From positions 6,014,001-6,078,000 of the forward strand of contig CATNEN010000003.1 of assembly GCA_950097015.1 (NCBI GenBank): a DNA stretch of 64,000 nucleotides, in the 5' to 3' direction. Shown in pieces: positions 1-17,495 of the stretch (position 1 is its first letter; the number at the start of each line of letters is the position of its first letter). The notes beneath the pieces were generated by a model, which was given only the letters and a program-made list of their open reading frames with translations, ran no database searches and was not told the origin of the DNA. A program made the translations under genes and the position numbers. The DNA is from Macrostomum hystrix. Lineage: Eukaryota; Animalia; Platyhelminthes.

Positions 1-501
1 TATGGGAAGGGAACTGAAGGTGTGGGAAGGGAACTGAAGGTGTGGGAAGGGAACTGAAGGTACGGGAAGGGAACTGAAGGTGTGGGAAGGGAACTGAAGG
101 TACGGGAAGGGAACTGAAGGTGTGGGAAGGGAACTGAAGGTGTGGAAAGGGAACTGTAGGTTTGGGAAGGGAACTGAAGTTATGGGAAGGGAACTGAAGG
201 TATGGGAAGGGAACTGAAGGTGGGGGAAGGGAACTGAATGTATGGAAAGGGAACCTGAAAAAATGATAAGGATCTGAAGGTGTAGGAACACAACTGAAGG
301 TATGGGAAGGGAACTGAAGGTGTGGAAAGGGAACTGAAGGTATGGGAAGGGAACTGAAGGTGTGGGAAGGGAACTGAAGGTGTGGGAAGGGAACTGAATG
401 TATGGAAAGTGAACCTGAAAAGATGATAAGGATCTGAAGGTGTAGGAACACAACTGAAGGTATGGGAAGGGAACTGAAGGCATGGGATAGGAACTGAAGG
501 T
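1..501. repeat. 20-bp minisatellite GGGAAGGGAACTGAAGGTRT (CDKL intron)
   Basis: Direct tandem copies; G-rich strand. Confidence 0.95.
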
Positions 502-503
502 GA

Positions 504-683
<180 letters not shown>

Positions 684-1126
684 TAGGCAATAATTATCTA
701 TAATTCTATAATTATCTGTTTGATTAAATATGTGCAATACAGGTAGTGACCATTGAAACAGGGAAGCATTTAGAAATAACAGTGGGACCTAATAGCTGCA
801 GTCAGCCATTCTGTCGCCAAAAACAGAGAAAGCAAAGTTTGTTTTTTCTGCAGGAAAGTAGTTGCTTAGCCATTTGTACTGCTACAGATGATTGACAACT
901 CTCATTGTGGGGGAGGGGAGGGGTTAGACACAAAGTCTACCCTCGGCAGTTTTTGTATCGCTAACTTTAGTCTTCAGTTTATGATTCGCGCTTTAAGGAT
1001 TTTTTTCATTGTTGTACTTCTCACTAATGAGGTATTGAGAATTCCTCGCTAATATTGTAGGGGACACAGAAGTTCAGAGTGGGAATTTGTTGAGAATTTG
1101 TACTGTACGATTACTCAGATTAGCAT

Positions 1127-1875
1127 AGGAAGAGGAGGGAGGAAGGGGAGAGAGGAAGGGAGAGAGGAAGAAGAGGGAGGAAGGGGAGATAGGAAGAGGA
1201 GGGAGGAAGAGGAGAGAAGAAAGGGAGAGAGGAAGGGGAGAGAGGAAGGGGAGAGAGGAAAGGGAGAGAGGAAAGGGAGAGAGGAAGGAGAGAGGAAGGA
1301 GAGAGGAAAGGGAGAGAGGAAAGTGAGAGAAGAAAGGGGAGAGGAAATTGAGAAAGGATTGAGAGAAAAAGGGAGAGAGGAAAGGGAGAGAGGAAAGGGA
1401 GAGAGGAAGGAGAGAGGAAGGAGAGAGGAAAGGGAGAGAGGAAAGGGAGAGAGGAAGGAGAGAGGATTGAGAGAGGAAAGGGAGAGAGGAAGGAGAGAGG
1501 ATTGAGAGAGGAAAGGGAGAGAGGAAGAAGAGAGGATTGAGAGAGGAAAGGGAGAGAGGAAGGAGAGAGGATTGAGAGAGGAAAGGGAGAGAGGAAGGAG
1601 AGAGGAAGGAGAGAGGAAAGGGAGAGAGGAAAGGGAGAGAGGAAAGGGAGAGAGGAAGGAGAGAGGAAGGAGAGAGGAAAGGGAGAGAGGAAAGGGAGAG
1701 AGGAAGGAGAGAGGATTGAGAGAGGAAAGGGAGAGAGGAAGGAGAGAGGAAGGAGAGAGGAAAGGGAGAGAGGAAAGGGAGAGAGGAAAGGGAGAGAGGA
1801 AGGAGAGAGGAAGGAGAGAGGAACGGGAGAGAGGAAGGAGAGAGGATGGGGAGGGAGGAAGGGGAGAGAGGAAAG
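1127..1875. repeat. Polypurine (GGAGAGAGGAAAG-like) array
   Basis: Nearly pure G/A tract. Confidence 0.95.
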
Positions 1876-2057
1876 CGGAAAGCAATTGGGACGACACTGA
1901 AGAGCATATAATATATTAGAGTTGGTGAGGAAGCGAGAAGGAAATGTGGAAGACAGTTTGAAAACTAATTTATCGATCGGAAGGAAAGGTAGGCTGCCAA
2001 AAAGCATTAATTAACGATGGAAATGCCAACTAAAGGCTAGAGGGTATGCAAAACTGA

Positions 2058-2399
<342 letters not shown>

Positions 2400-2419
2400 T
2401 GATTTAATTTAACTAATAA

Positions 2420-2757
2420 TTGCGGGTGGGCTTCGGGCAGTGGCACATAATTTGGTGGCACTAGACCCGCAGCCAGCGAGGAGGCAATTCTGCCCATTTC
2501 GCTGACTCCTGAGCACACACGCACACGGATACTGTTCGCAGGCGCATGCTCAAACAGGTGTGTACATCTGCCCTGACTTTCTCATCGTCAGGAAGTGTAC
2601 ACTCTTACTGTGCCTTTGAGGTTGGCCCTCAATGGCGTAAATTGCACGACAAGCCCCAAAGCCTTCTCATTGCGGCTGCGCCCCAAACAAATATGGCCTC
2701 GCCGCGGAATCGAACTCATGGACCTTGGTGCAAACGCGTTAGACCGACTCACCAATA
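2420..2757 (-). mobile_element. tRNA-headed SINE, CpG-rich copy A
   Basis: Minus strand has A box TGGTGAGTCGG and B box GAGTTCGATTCC, and aligns over about 330 bp with 51695-52040. Confidence 0.8.
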
Positions 2758-2759
2758 GA

Positions 2760-3757
2760 TGGTGTAGAGATAAGACAGTGAAGAGATAAGATACTGTAGA
2801 GATAAGACACTATATATCTCTAGAGGAGAGGAGAGATAAGGCACGGGAGAAATGAGACATTGGAGAGATAAGACAGAGTGGAGAGATAAGACAGAGGAGA
2901 GATAAGACAGAGGAGAGATAAGGAATTAGAGTGGTGAGAAATAGGGAGAGATGAGACATGGGGGAGATGAAACACGGGAGAGATGAGACACGGGAGAGAT
3001 GAGACACGGGAGAGATAAGACACGGGAGAGATGAGACACAGGAGAGATGAGACACGGAAGAGATGAGACACGGGAGAGATGAGACACGGGAGAGATGAGA
3101 CACGGGAGAGATGAGACAGAGTGGAGAGATAAGACAGAGGAGAGATAAGGCATTGGAGTGTTGAGAAATAGGGAGAGATGAGACATGGGAGAGATGAGAC
3201 ACGGGAGAGATCAGACACGGGAGAGATCAGACACGGGAGAGATGAGACACTGGAGAGATCAGGCACGGGAGAGATCAGGCACGGGAGAGATCAGGCACGG
3301 GAGAGATCAGACACAGGAGAGATCAGACACAGGAGAGATCAGGCACGGGAGAGATCAGGCACGGGAGAGATCAGACACAGGAGAGATCAGACACAGGAGA
3401 GATCAGGCACGGGAGAGATCAGGCACTGGAGAGATGAGACACGGGAGAGATCAGGCACAGGAGAGATCAGGCACAGGAGAGATCAGGCACGGGAGAGATC
3501 AGGCACGGGAGAGATCAGGCACGGGAGAGATCAGGCACAGGAGAGATCAGGCACAGGAGAGATCAGGCACGGGAGAGATCAGGCACTGGAGAGATGAGAC
3601 ACGGGAGAGATGAGACACAGGAGAGATCAGGCACTGGAGAGATGAGACACGGGAGAGATGAGACACAGGAGAGATGAGACACGGGAGAGATGAGACACGG
3701 GAGAGATCAGGCACAGGAGAGATCAGGCACAGGAGAGATCAGGCACAGGAGAGATCA
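2760..3757. repeat. 16-bp minisatellite GGAGAGATGAGACACG / GGAGAGATCAGGCACG; same family at 9590-10138 and 18934-19482
   Basis: Tandem copies with sub-variants. Confidence 0.95.
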
Positions 3758-4329
3758 AATATGTAATTTAGCTACCGCTTTAACCTAAAAAACGAACAGT
3801 TACAGTTACCCACCGCAGCGGTTTGAGAATGATTGGCAGCTGTTTATATGCGGGCAGTGCCAAACCGGCCCCTCAATTATCACCCATAATTTTCTTTCTT
3901 TAGTCTATTATCTTAGTCTCTCAGGAAATGTGCAACACATCTTCTGCTTTCTGACATGTTTGTTGAGTGAGTTCTAAAAGGGTTCTTATCTCTGTGCTGT
4001 CCAGTTAAACGAAATTTCCTTTCATTCTGTCGCCATAAGGTTCTCATGCGAGCACAGAAAAGGCTCAAGTTCTCAATATTCCACGTGTGTTGGCAAATAT
4101 TTTGCTTCAATTAATCTCACCGAGTGCTTCGTTTTACATATTCTTTTCTAAACCATTAGACCATTGATTACGTGGGCTGGATTTCTGAAACTATAGGCTT
4201 AATTTTCTTGTAAAACTACATTTAGAACATTGAAATATATTGAATTACATATTAGACTATAGCTGTTAAGCAGTTCCTAACATTACAAAACGGGAAGTTC
4301 TTAGATTACACATAAAGACACCATAGATT

Positions 4330-6815
4330 ACATAATGGGGATCGTAGATTATGTTATGGGAAATCGTATATTACCTTTTGGGAGATCGTAGATTACATTT
4401 TGGGAGATCGTAGATTACATTTTGGGAGATCGTAGATTACATTTTGGGAGATCGTAGATTACATTTTGGGGATCGTAGATTACATTTTGGGGGATCGTAG
4501 ATTACATTTTGGGAGATCGTAGATTACCTTTTGGGAGATCGTAGATTACATTTTGGGATCGTAGATTACATTGTGGGGATCGTAGATTACATTTTGGGAG
4601 ATCGTAGATTACATTTTTGGAGATCGTAGATTACATTTTGGTATCTTAGATTACATTTTGGGAGATCGTAGATTACATTTTGGGAGATCGTAGATTACAT
4701 TTTGGGAGATCGTAGATTACATTTTGGGAGATCGTAGATTACATTTTGGGAGATCGTAGATTACATTTTGGGAGATCGTAGATTACATTTTGGGAGATCG
4801 TAGATTACATTTTGGGAGATCGTAGATTACATTTTGGGAGATCGTAGATTACATTTTGGGAGAACGTAGATTACATTTTGAGAGATCGTAGATTACATTT
4901 TGGGAGATCGTAGATTACATTTTGGGAGATCGTAGATTACATTTAGGGAGATCGTAGATTACATTTTGGGAGATCGTAGATTACATTTTGGGAGATCGTA
5001 GATTACATTTTAGGGATCGTAGATTACATTTTGGGGATCGTATATTACATTTTGGGAAATCGTAGATTACATTTTGGGGATCGTAGATTACATTTTGGGA
5101 GATCGTAGATTACATTTTGGGAGATCGTAGATTACATTTTGGGAGATCGTAGATTACATTTTGGGAGATCGTAGATTACATTTTGGGAGATCGTAGATTA
5201 CATTTTGGGAGATCGTAGATTACATTTTGGGAGATCGTAGATTACATTTTGGGAGATCGTAGATTAGATTTTGGGAGATCGTAGATTACATTTTGGGAGA
5301 TCGTAGATTACATTTTGGGAGATCGTAGATTAGATTTTGGGAGATCGTAGATTAGATTTTGGGAGATCGTAGATTACATTTTGGGAGATCGTAGATTATA
5401 TTTTGGGATATCGTAGATTACATTTTGGGGATCGTAGATTACATTTTGGGGATCGTAGATTACATTTTGGGAGATCGTAGATTACATTTTGGGAGATCGT
5501 AGATTACATTTTGGGATCGTAGATTACATTTTGGGATCGTAGATTACATTTTGGGATGGTAGATTACATTTTGGGATCGTAGATTACATTTTGGGGATTG
5601 TAGATTACATTTTGGGGATCGTAGATTACATTTTGGGATCGTAGATTACATTTTGGGGATCGTAGATTTCATTTTGGGGATTGTATATTACATTTTGGGA
5701 GATCGTAGATTACATTTTGGGATCGTAGATTACATTTTGGGGATCGTAGATTTCATTTTGGGGATTGTATATTACATTTTGGGAGATCGTAGATTACATT
5801 TTGGGGATCGTAGATTACATTTTGGGAGATCTTTGATTACATTTTGGGAGATCGTAGATTAGATTTTGGGAGATCGTAGATTACATTTTGGGATCGTAGA
5901 TTACATTTTGGGGATCGTAGATTACATTTTCGGATCGTAGATTACATTTTGGGGATCGTAGATTACATTTTGGGGATCGTAGATTACATTTTGGGAGATC
6001 GTTGATTACATTTTGGGGATCGTAGATTACATATTGGGGATCGTAGATTATGTTATGGGAAATTATAGATTACATTTTGGGAAATCGTAGATTACCTTTT
6101 GGGAGATCGTAGATTACATTTTGGGAGATCGTAGATTACATTTTGGGAGATCGTAGATTACATTTTGGGAGATCGTAGATTACATTTTGGGAGATCGTAG
6201 ATTACATTTTGGGAGATCGTAGATTACATTTTGGGAGATCGTAGATTACATTTTGGGAGATCGTAGATTAGATTTTGGGAGATCGTAGATTATATTTTGG
6301 GATATCGTAGATTACATTTTGAGGATCGTAGATTACATTTTGGGGATCGTAGATTACATTTTGGGAGATCGTAGATTACATTTTGGGAGATCGTAGATTA
6401 CATTTTGGGATCGTAGATTACATTTTGGGATCGTAGATTACATTTTGGGATGGTAGATTACATTTTGGGATCGTAGATTACATTTTCGGATCGTAGATTA
6501 CATTTTGGGGATTGTATATTACATTTTGGGAGATCGTAGATTACATTTTGGGGATCGTAGATTACATTTTGGGAGATCGTAGATTACATTTTGGGAGATC
6601 GTTGATTACATTTTGGGGATCGTAGATTACATATTGGGGATCGTAGATTATGTTATGGGAAATTGTAGATTACATTTTGGGAAATCGTAGATTACCTTTT
6701 GGGAGATCGTAGATTACATTTTCGGAGATCATAGATTACATTTTGGTATCGTAGGTTACATTTTGGGAGATCGTAGATTACATTTTGGGATCGTAGATTA
6801 CATTTTGGGGATCGT
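4330..6815. repeat. 20-22-bp satellite GATCGTAGATTACATTTTGGGA
   Basis: About 2.5 kb of tandem copies with degenerate edges; internal re-duplication at about 600 bp offset. Confidence 0.97.
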
Positions 6816-7167
6816 AGACTGAATTGTAGATTATGTATCTTACTTTTTGTTTGGAAATTAGCATCATCAGATTCTTTACATCAAATTATTGAGTTCGAAT
6901 TAATTACGGTAAATCTACAAGCGTAGAGCATTCGTGAAACTGACTTTTTCCGACAAAATCTTGCCCTGATCTTTAATTAGCAATAGCGGAAAAAACAAAG
7001 CGTTCTCACGAACGTCGGTAAGACAAAATCTGGGCATTGAAAAACGTGCTGCAAAAGCATGGCTAAATAACTTTACAGATAAGAAAGTACTTGCTTTAGT
7101 GTACTTGACTGAGTTTTTGAAACCGTGTCTAGCTCTTTAAAAATATTTTGTTTCCTATGAATTCCAG

Positions 7168-7250
7168 GTGACCTGGTTCCACGTCACAAAGACATCTTCT
7201 ATGAGAATGCTTTCTTTAAAGGACTAAAAATTCCTGAAGCAGACCAACAG
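7168..7250 (+). CDS. CDKL1: CDKL1-like kinase exon
   Basis: attccag|GTGACC...CAACAG|gtaaga. Translates GDLVPRHKDIFYENAFFKGLKIPEADQQ, matching the CDKL GDLIPRH..F..N.FF.G..IP pattern. Confidence 0.92.
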
Positions 7251-7860
7251 GTAAGACTTCGATGCTACAACAAATGCTTATAAAAAGTCCTTAAATTGTT
7301 TGTTAAAATGCCTAAAAAGCAAGAAAAATTTCTTCAAGAAAAACGTGAATAGGTTGAAGCGGCCCAAATTAGGGCAAGATGATGTTCATTGTCGATAGGA
7401 CAAAACGGCCCAATTAAGGACAGGATAAAAGGCGTCGTCAATAGATTAAAACGGCCCAATTAAGGGCAGGCTAAATTAAGCGCTAATTTATCAAAACGGA
7501 CCAATTAAGGGGCTGATATAATTCGTCGTCAGTAGCTCCAAATTACTACAAAAATTGCAATAAAAAAAGTCTTAACAAAAAATCATGAAATGACAAAATT
7601 ATTTCTACCGAGCTAGCTAAATTTCTTCTGTTTTGTTCTCTAAGTACTTCTTATACAAATAGAGTACTGTGGACATTAGTTGTTTTTCGACCAAACAAAG
7701 TGACAGAGGATAATAAATTGGCTACTTTATCAAGAAAATGATACCGTCAACATGAAAATCAAACATAGCATAGCAAATATTAGCTGGACTGGTATCAAAA
7801 GATTTGGCACGCGATAATTTTGCTCCGTCAAAATAAACAAAACTTAATTCGCTCGGACAG

Positions 7861-8091
7861 GAACACTTAGACGAGAAGTTCGTTTGTATGCGCGAGCCGA
7901 TTACTCAGCGAGAGCTGCAACTGCTGCAACTCTGCTTCAAGATGGACCCGGTGCAGAGGGCCACCTGTGAAGAGTTGAAAAAGTTGGACTATTTCGACCG
8001 CAGCGTGGTTGGCGACCTGTTATTTAGAGAGGACGATGCCGTCGTGACCAGAAGAAGGACTCGAACCCTGGACTACAAGCAGAGATCTCAG
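7861..8091 (+). CDS. CDKL1: CDKL1-like kinase exon (subdomain XI)
   Basis: ggacag|GAACAC...TCTCAG|gtatgt. Translates EHLDEKF...CFKMDPVQRATCEEL..LDYFD...; 231 nt, phase 0-0. Confidence 0.9.
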
Positions 8092-8244
8092 GTATGTTCA
8101 ATCGTTTCGATGAATTCTTCGTTTTTTGCAGCCCTACTTAATTCCGATCGATTAATTTTTTTCCAACTGTCTTCAAAATTTCTTCCTCGCTACCGTCCAC
8201 TCTCGACTTTGGATAATTTTATGTGGTCCTAATCTCACTCAGCT

Positions 8245-8562
8245 TTCTCTCCCCTTCCTCTCTCCCCTTCCTCTCTCCCCTTCCTCTCTCGCCTTCCTCT
8301 CTCCCCATCCTCTCTCACCTTCCTCTCTCGCCTTCCTCTCTCCCCATCCTCTCTCACCTTCCTCTCTCCCCATCCTCTCTCACCTTCCTCTCTCCCCATC
8401 CTCTCTCACCTTCCTCTCTCCCCTTCATCTCTCCCCTTCCTCTCTCACCTTCCTCTCTCCCCTTCCTCTCCCACCTTCCTCTCCCACCTTCCTCTCTCAC
8501 CTTCCTCTCTACCCTTCCTCTCCCACCTTCCTCTCCCACCTTCCTCTCTCACCTTCCTCTCT
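8245..8562. repeat. Polypyrimidine (CCTTCCTCTCTCC) array; copy at 17590-17907
   Basis: C/T tract, reverse-complementary in unit to 1127-1875. Confidence 0.92.
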
Positions 8563-8704
8563 GTCACTTTCATCTTCTCTCTGCATGATCCCTGAGAGAC
8601 TCAACAGTTTATATCGACAGTAGACAGATGATGCACCAGTGTCTACTGTATACATCCCCTGCAAGCAGTGTTAAATGTTTGATTATAATTATCTTCTTCT
8701 GCAG

Positions 8705-8809
8705 TGGCCGTCCCTGCAGCAGAACCATGCCCAGCAGCATTCGCATCTTCAACCGAGCTCAAATCCTGCTCCAACGGCCAAGTCGCCACCGAATAATCAT
8801 TATCACCAT

Positions 8810-8840
<31 letters not shown>

Positions 8841-8944
8841 CGCCGCTAATGCTACAAGCCCGTCAGGCAAATAGCATAGCAAGACAGCCAGTTAAGCATC
8901 AGCAGCAGCAGCATCAGCCTTATCTGCCTAGCATTTCCCATTGA
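8705..8944 (+). CDS. CDKL1: CDKL1-like kinase terminal exon (Gln/His-rich tail, ends YLPSISH*)
   Basis: cttctgcag|TGG CCG in phase 0 after exon 7861-8091; polyQ encoded by (CAG)n; stop TGA at 8942-8944. Confidence 0.75.
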
Positions 8945-10276
8945 AATATTTTCGTTTTAAGTAAATAGACACAAAAAAGCAAAGCATAAACCCTAACAAT
9001 GATTTAAGATGTATATTTTTCTGCATTGGTAGTTTATGTATCCATGCGATCTTTAAATTCAATCACTCATTTTACGATGAGTCATTGCTACTCTATTGCT
9101 TTATATGAGTCAGAGTTAAAAAATGTTTCTAGATTACCTATAGAGGAGGCTGGGGTTGTGTTTTTATGCGTTTTCAGCTCTAATTATGATCTGTTGTTGT
9201 GTTAACCCCGTCTCTGAGTACCTAGCAATTTCCTGCTGAGGCAACCAAAGCCAGACTAATTCCACTAAGGCTAGGACTATGATGAAGTTGAGTATAGACT
9301 CATGCGGTTCATCACTATATTTGTGCCTTTTGTGGTTTTGTCTTTAGGGCTACATATGCAGATGAAACCTTTACCTTTCCCCACATCCTCATTCTCTTGC
9401 CTGAGCACAACGGAGAAGAAAGAATGGCAAAAAATGAGCATACAAAACAGAAAAAAAAACATCATAGCTCACATCCATAGGCACGTGACTGCAAAAAAAA
9501 ACTGACCAATTCGTCTAATATAATATTAGACAGCAGTATAATATGTTTCGTATTTTATGATGAGTCAAATGGGACATAGGATTGATCAAACAGAAGAGAG
9601 AAAGACGGCGTAGAGATAAGACAGAGGAGAGATAGACGGTGTAGAGATAAGACAGAGGAGAGATAGACGGCGTAGAGATAAGACAGAGGAGAGATAGACG
9701 GTGTAGAGATAAGACAGGGGAGAGATAGACGGCATAGAGATAAGACAGAAGAGAGATAGACGGCGTAGAGATAAGACAGAGGAGAGATGAGACACGGGAG
9801 AGATGAGACACGGGAGAGATGAGACATGGGAGAGATGAGACACGGGAGAGATGAGACACGGGAGAGATGAGACACGGGAGAGATGAGACACGGGAGAGAT
9901 GAGACACGGGAGAGATGAGACATGGGAGAGATGAGACACGGGAGAGATGAGACACGGGAGAGATGAGACATGGGATAGATGAGACACGGGAGAGATGAGA
10001 CACGGGAGAGATGAGACACGGGAGAGATGAGACACGGGAGAGATGAGACACGGGAGAGATGAGACACGGGAGAGATGAGACACGGGAGAGATGAGACAAG
10101 GAAGAGATGAGACACGGGAGAGATGAGACACGGGAGAGCAGGATGTTGCCGCCACGAGATGAATCCTGTGGGCGCAGGAGTATCGAAAAAATTTACGTTT
10201 TTGGCGGATACGCAATGAAGAAAATTTAATTCCGGCAAATTAAATGGAGCATGGAAACGCTGGAAAAAAACTAACA

Positions 10277-13211
<2,935 letters not shown>

Positions 13212-13215
<4 letters not shown>

Positions 13216-13612
13216 TTTGGGGTTGGAATGCTTCGTGGTTTGTGTATTTTGAGTTTTTCATGTCTTTCGGGTTCGTGTGCTTTGGGGTTGGAATGCTTCG
13301 TGGTTTGTGTATTTTGAGTTTTTCATGTCTTTCGGGTTCGTGTGTTTTGGGGTTGGTGTGTTTTGGGGTTGGTATGTTTTGGGGTTGGCGTGTGTGTGGT
13401 TGGCGTGTTTTGGGGTTGGCGTGTTTTGGGGTTGGCGTGTTTTGGGGTTGGCGTGTTTTGGGGTTGGCTTATTTTGGGGTTAGCGTGTTTAGGGGTTGGC
13501 GTTTTTTGGGGTTGGTATGCTTTGGGGTTGGCGTGTTTTGGGGTTGGCTTTTTTTGGGGTTGGCGTGTTTAGGGGTTGGCGTTTTTTGGGGTTGGTATGT
13601 TTTGGGGTTGGC
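13212..13612. repeat. 16-bp G/T-rich array TTTTGGGGTTGGCGTG; copy 22552-22952
   Basis: Tandem G4 runs. Confidence 0.92.
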
Positions 13613-14125
13613 GTACGTTTTGCGGTTCGCGTGTTATATGGTTGAAGTGTTTTGGATTTAGTGTAATTTTCTGATTAACAGTTTAAACTGTTGTACTTTA
13701 AAACTATTGTATAGATGGCTAACTGCCTATAAGTGAGGCATGGAAGTAAAATTATTTCAAATGTCACTTACAAAGCTGGTCTCAAATGACAGCTTTCTTG
13801 AGATTAGACGACTGCATAAGCGGATTCTCTTTAGAAGTAATTTAAACCACACGAGAGTGACGGCCGCGCGGTCCACTTTAAATCGAATCGCATCAAATTG
13901 AGCCATTCGAGAAATCCAGTGCAGTGCAATTAGACTTTTTAAAAGAGAATTTTTCTGTTACTCGTAATCAAAGCAAGCGATTTTCGAGCCCCACTTTAGG
14001 TTACAAAAGGCTGTATGCATTTCCTCTGATTTTTCTCTATGCAAACAGATCGAATGAAAAGTCACGATTCTAAAATGCGAGAGAGAGAGGTAGAGACGAC
14101 ACAGACCTTCGCAACCTCGAAGTTT

Positions 14126-15446
14126 CTCACTCACTCACTCACTCACTCACTCACTCACTCACTCACTCACTCACTCACACACACACTCACTTACTCACTA
14201 ACTCACTCACTCACTCACTCACTCACTCACTCACTAACTCACTCACTCACTCACTCACTCACTCACTCACACACACACTCACTCACTCACTAACTCACTC
14301 ACTCACTCACTCACTCACTCACTCACTCACTAACTAACTCACTCACTCACTCACTCACTCACTCACTCACTCACTCACTCACTCACTCACTCACTCACTC
14401 ACTCACTCACTCACTCAATCACTCACTAACTCACTCACTCACTCAATCACTCGTTCACTCACTCACTCACTCACTCACTCAATCACTCATTCACTCACTC
14501 ACTCACTCACTCACTCACTCACTCACTCAATCACTCAATCACTCAATAACTCACTCACTCACTCAATCACTCACTCACTCAATCACTCACTCACTCACTC
14601 ACTCACTCAATCACTCAATAACTCACTCACTCACTCAATCACTCGTTCACTCACTCAATCACTCACTCACTCAATCACTCACTCACTCACTCACTCACTC
14701 ACTCACTCACTCACTCACTTACTCACTCACTCACTCACTCACTCACTCACTCACTCACTCACTCACTCACTCACTCACTCAATCACTCACTCACTCACTC
14801 AATCACTCATTCACTCACTCACTCACTCACTCACTCACTCACTCACTCACTCACTCAATCACTCAATAACTCACTCACTCACTCAATCACTCACTCACTC
14901 AATCACTCACTCACTCACTCACTCACTCAATCACTCAATAACTCACTCACTCACTCAATCACTCACTCACTCAATCACTCACTCACTCACTCACTCACTC
15001 ACTCAATCACTCACTCACTCACTCACTCACTCAATCACTCACTCACTCACTCACTCACTCAATCACTCACTCACTCAATCACTCACTCACTCAATCACTC
15101 ACTCACTCACTCACTCACTCACTCACTCAATCACTCACTCACTCACTCACTCACTCAATCACTCACTCACTCACTCACTCACTCAATCACTCACTCACTC
15201 ACTCACTCACTCAATCACTCACTCACTCAATCACTCACTCACTCAATCACTCACTCACTCACTCACTCACTCACTCACTCAATCACTCACTCACTCACTC
15301 ACTCACTCACTCACTCAATCACTCACTCACTCACTCACTCACTCAATCACTCACTCACACACTCAATCACTCACTCACTCACTCACTCAATCACTCACTC
15401 ACTCACTCACTTACTCACTCACTCACTCACTCACTCACTCACTCAA
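14126..15446. repeat. (CACT)n microsatellite with CAAT interruptions; copy 23466-24782
   Basis: About 1.3 kb tetranucleotide tract. Confidence 0.98.
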
Positions 15447-15821
15447 TCGTTGGTGATCAAGTAAAGATAAAATGCAGTCTCCGAGGAAGTTGTACTCAAA
15501 GTGAGAGCAGCGGCAGGCAAGATGGAGTTCGATGGCGGAATTGTCGATTATTTGGTGAAGCATTTCGCTCGCTTTGGAAAAGATCGCCGGGGCCTGAAAG
15601 TGGTCGGAAAAGGAGAGAGAGAGAAAACTAGAGATGGGAGCCGGACAGACATACCACCAGCTGATTTTTCCCCCTAATAGGGAAGTCGATGACTGCTCAA
15701 TAATTTAATAGTTGTCCCTTAGAAGTGCGCGTGGACAGAACTGCCTTTCAACTCTTTTCCTACCGTCCACTCAGCCAGGGACAGCTAAAAAAACACGAAA
15801 GCAAAGTAGCCAGAAACTAGC

Positions 15822-17495
15822 TCTAATCTGTAAACTACAGTATTCTAATCTGTAGATTCGATATTCTAATCTGTAGATTCGACATTCTAGTCTGTAGATT
15901 CGACATTCTAATCTGTAGATTCGACATTCTAATCTATAGATTCGACATTCTAATCTATAGATTTGACATTCTAATCTGTAGATTCGACATTCTAGTCTGT
16001 AGATTCGACATTCTAGTCTGTAGATTCGACATTCTAATCTATAGATTCGACATTCTAATCTATAGATTTGACATTCTAATCTGTAGATTCGACATTCTAG
16101 TCTGTAGATTCGACATTCTAATCTGTAGATTCGACATTCTAATCTATAGATTCGACATTCTAATCTATAGATTTGACATTCTAATCTGTAGATTCGACAT
16201 TCTAATATGTAGATTCGACATTCTAATATGTAGATTCGACATTCTAATCTGAAGATTCGATATTCTTATCTGTAGATTTGAAATTCTAATCTGTAGATTC
16301 GACATTCTAATCTGTAGATTCGACATTCTAACCTATAGATTCGATATTCATATATTTAAGATTCGACATTCTAATCTGTAGATTCGACATTCTAATCTGT
16401 AGATTCGACATTCTAATCTGAAGATTCGGCATTCTAATCTGTAGATTCGACATTCTAATCTGAAGATTCGGCATTCTAATCTGTAGATTCGACATTCTAA
16501 TCTGTAGATTCGACATTCTAATCTGTAGATTCGACATTCTAATCTGTAAATTCGAAATTTTAATCTGAAGATTCGGCATTCTAATCTGTAGATTCGACAT
16601 TCTAATCTGTAGATTCGATATTCTTATCTGTAGATTTGAAATTCTAATCTGTAGATTCGACATTCTAATCTGTAGATTCGACATTCTAACCTATAGATTC
16701 GATATTCATATATTTAAGATTCGACATTCTAATCTGTAGATTCGACATTCTAATCTGTAGATTCGACATTCTAATCTGTAGATTCGACATTCTAATCTGT
16801 AGATTCGACATTCTAATCTGTAGATTCGACATTCTAATCTGTAGATTCGACATTCTAATCTGTAGATTCGATATTCATATATTTAAGATTCGACATTCTA
16901 ATCTGTAGATTCGACATTCTAATCTATAGATTCGACATTCTAATCTGAAGATTCGGCATTCTAACCTATAGATTCGATATTTATATATTTAAGATTCGGC
17001 ATTCTAATCTGTAGATTCGACATTCTAATCTGAAGATTCGACATTCTAATCTATAGATTCGACATTCTAATCTGTAGATTCGACATTCTAACCTATAGAT
17101 TCGATTTTCATATATTTAAGATTCGACATTCTAATCTGTAGATTCGACATTCTAATCTGTAGATTCGACATTCTAATCTGTAGATTCGATATTCATATAT
17201 TTAAGATTCGACATTCTAATCTGTAGATTCGACATTCTAATCTATAGATTCGACATTCTAATCTGAAGATTCGGCATTCTAACCTATAGATTCGATATTT
17301 ATATATTTAAGATTCGACATTCTAATCTGAAGATTCGGCATTCTAATCTGTAGATTCGACATTCTAACCTATAGATTCGATTTTCATATATTTAAGATTC
17401 GACATTCTAATCTGTAGATTCGACATTCTAATCTGTAGATTCGACATTCTAATCTGAAGATTCGGCATTCTAATCTGTAGATTCGACATTCTAAT
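15822..17495. repeat. 21-bp satellite TCTAATCTGTAGATTCGACAT (truncated at the duplication junction)
   Basis: Tandem copies with an internal AATCT-nn-AGATT palindrome. Confidence 0.97.

Noticed and set aside
2472-2485. Minus-strand GCCTCCTCGCTGGC, matching the HDV ribozyme P3/L3 sequence as I recall it, inside the SINE
   Set aside because: No upstream P1 strand or correctly placed P1.1 GG. The bases fit a simple nested hairpin (AGTCAGCGA/TCGCTGGCT around GGCA-GAAT-TGCC) better. Worth one Infernal run on the family consensus.
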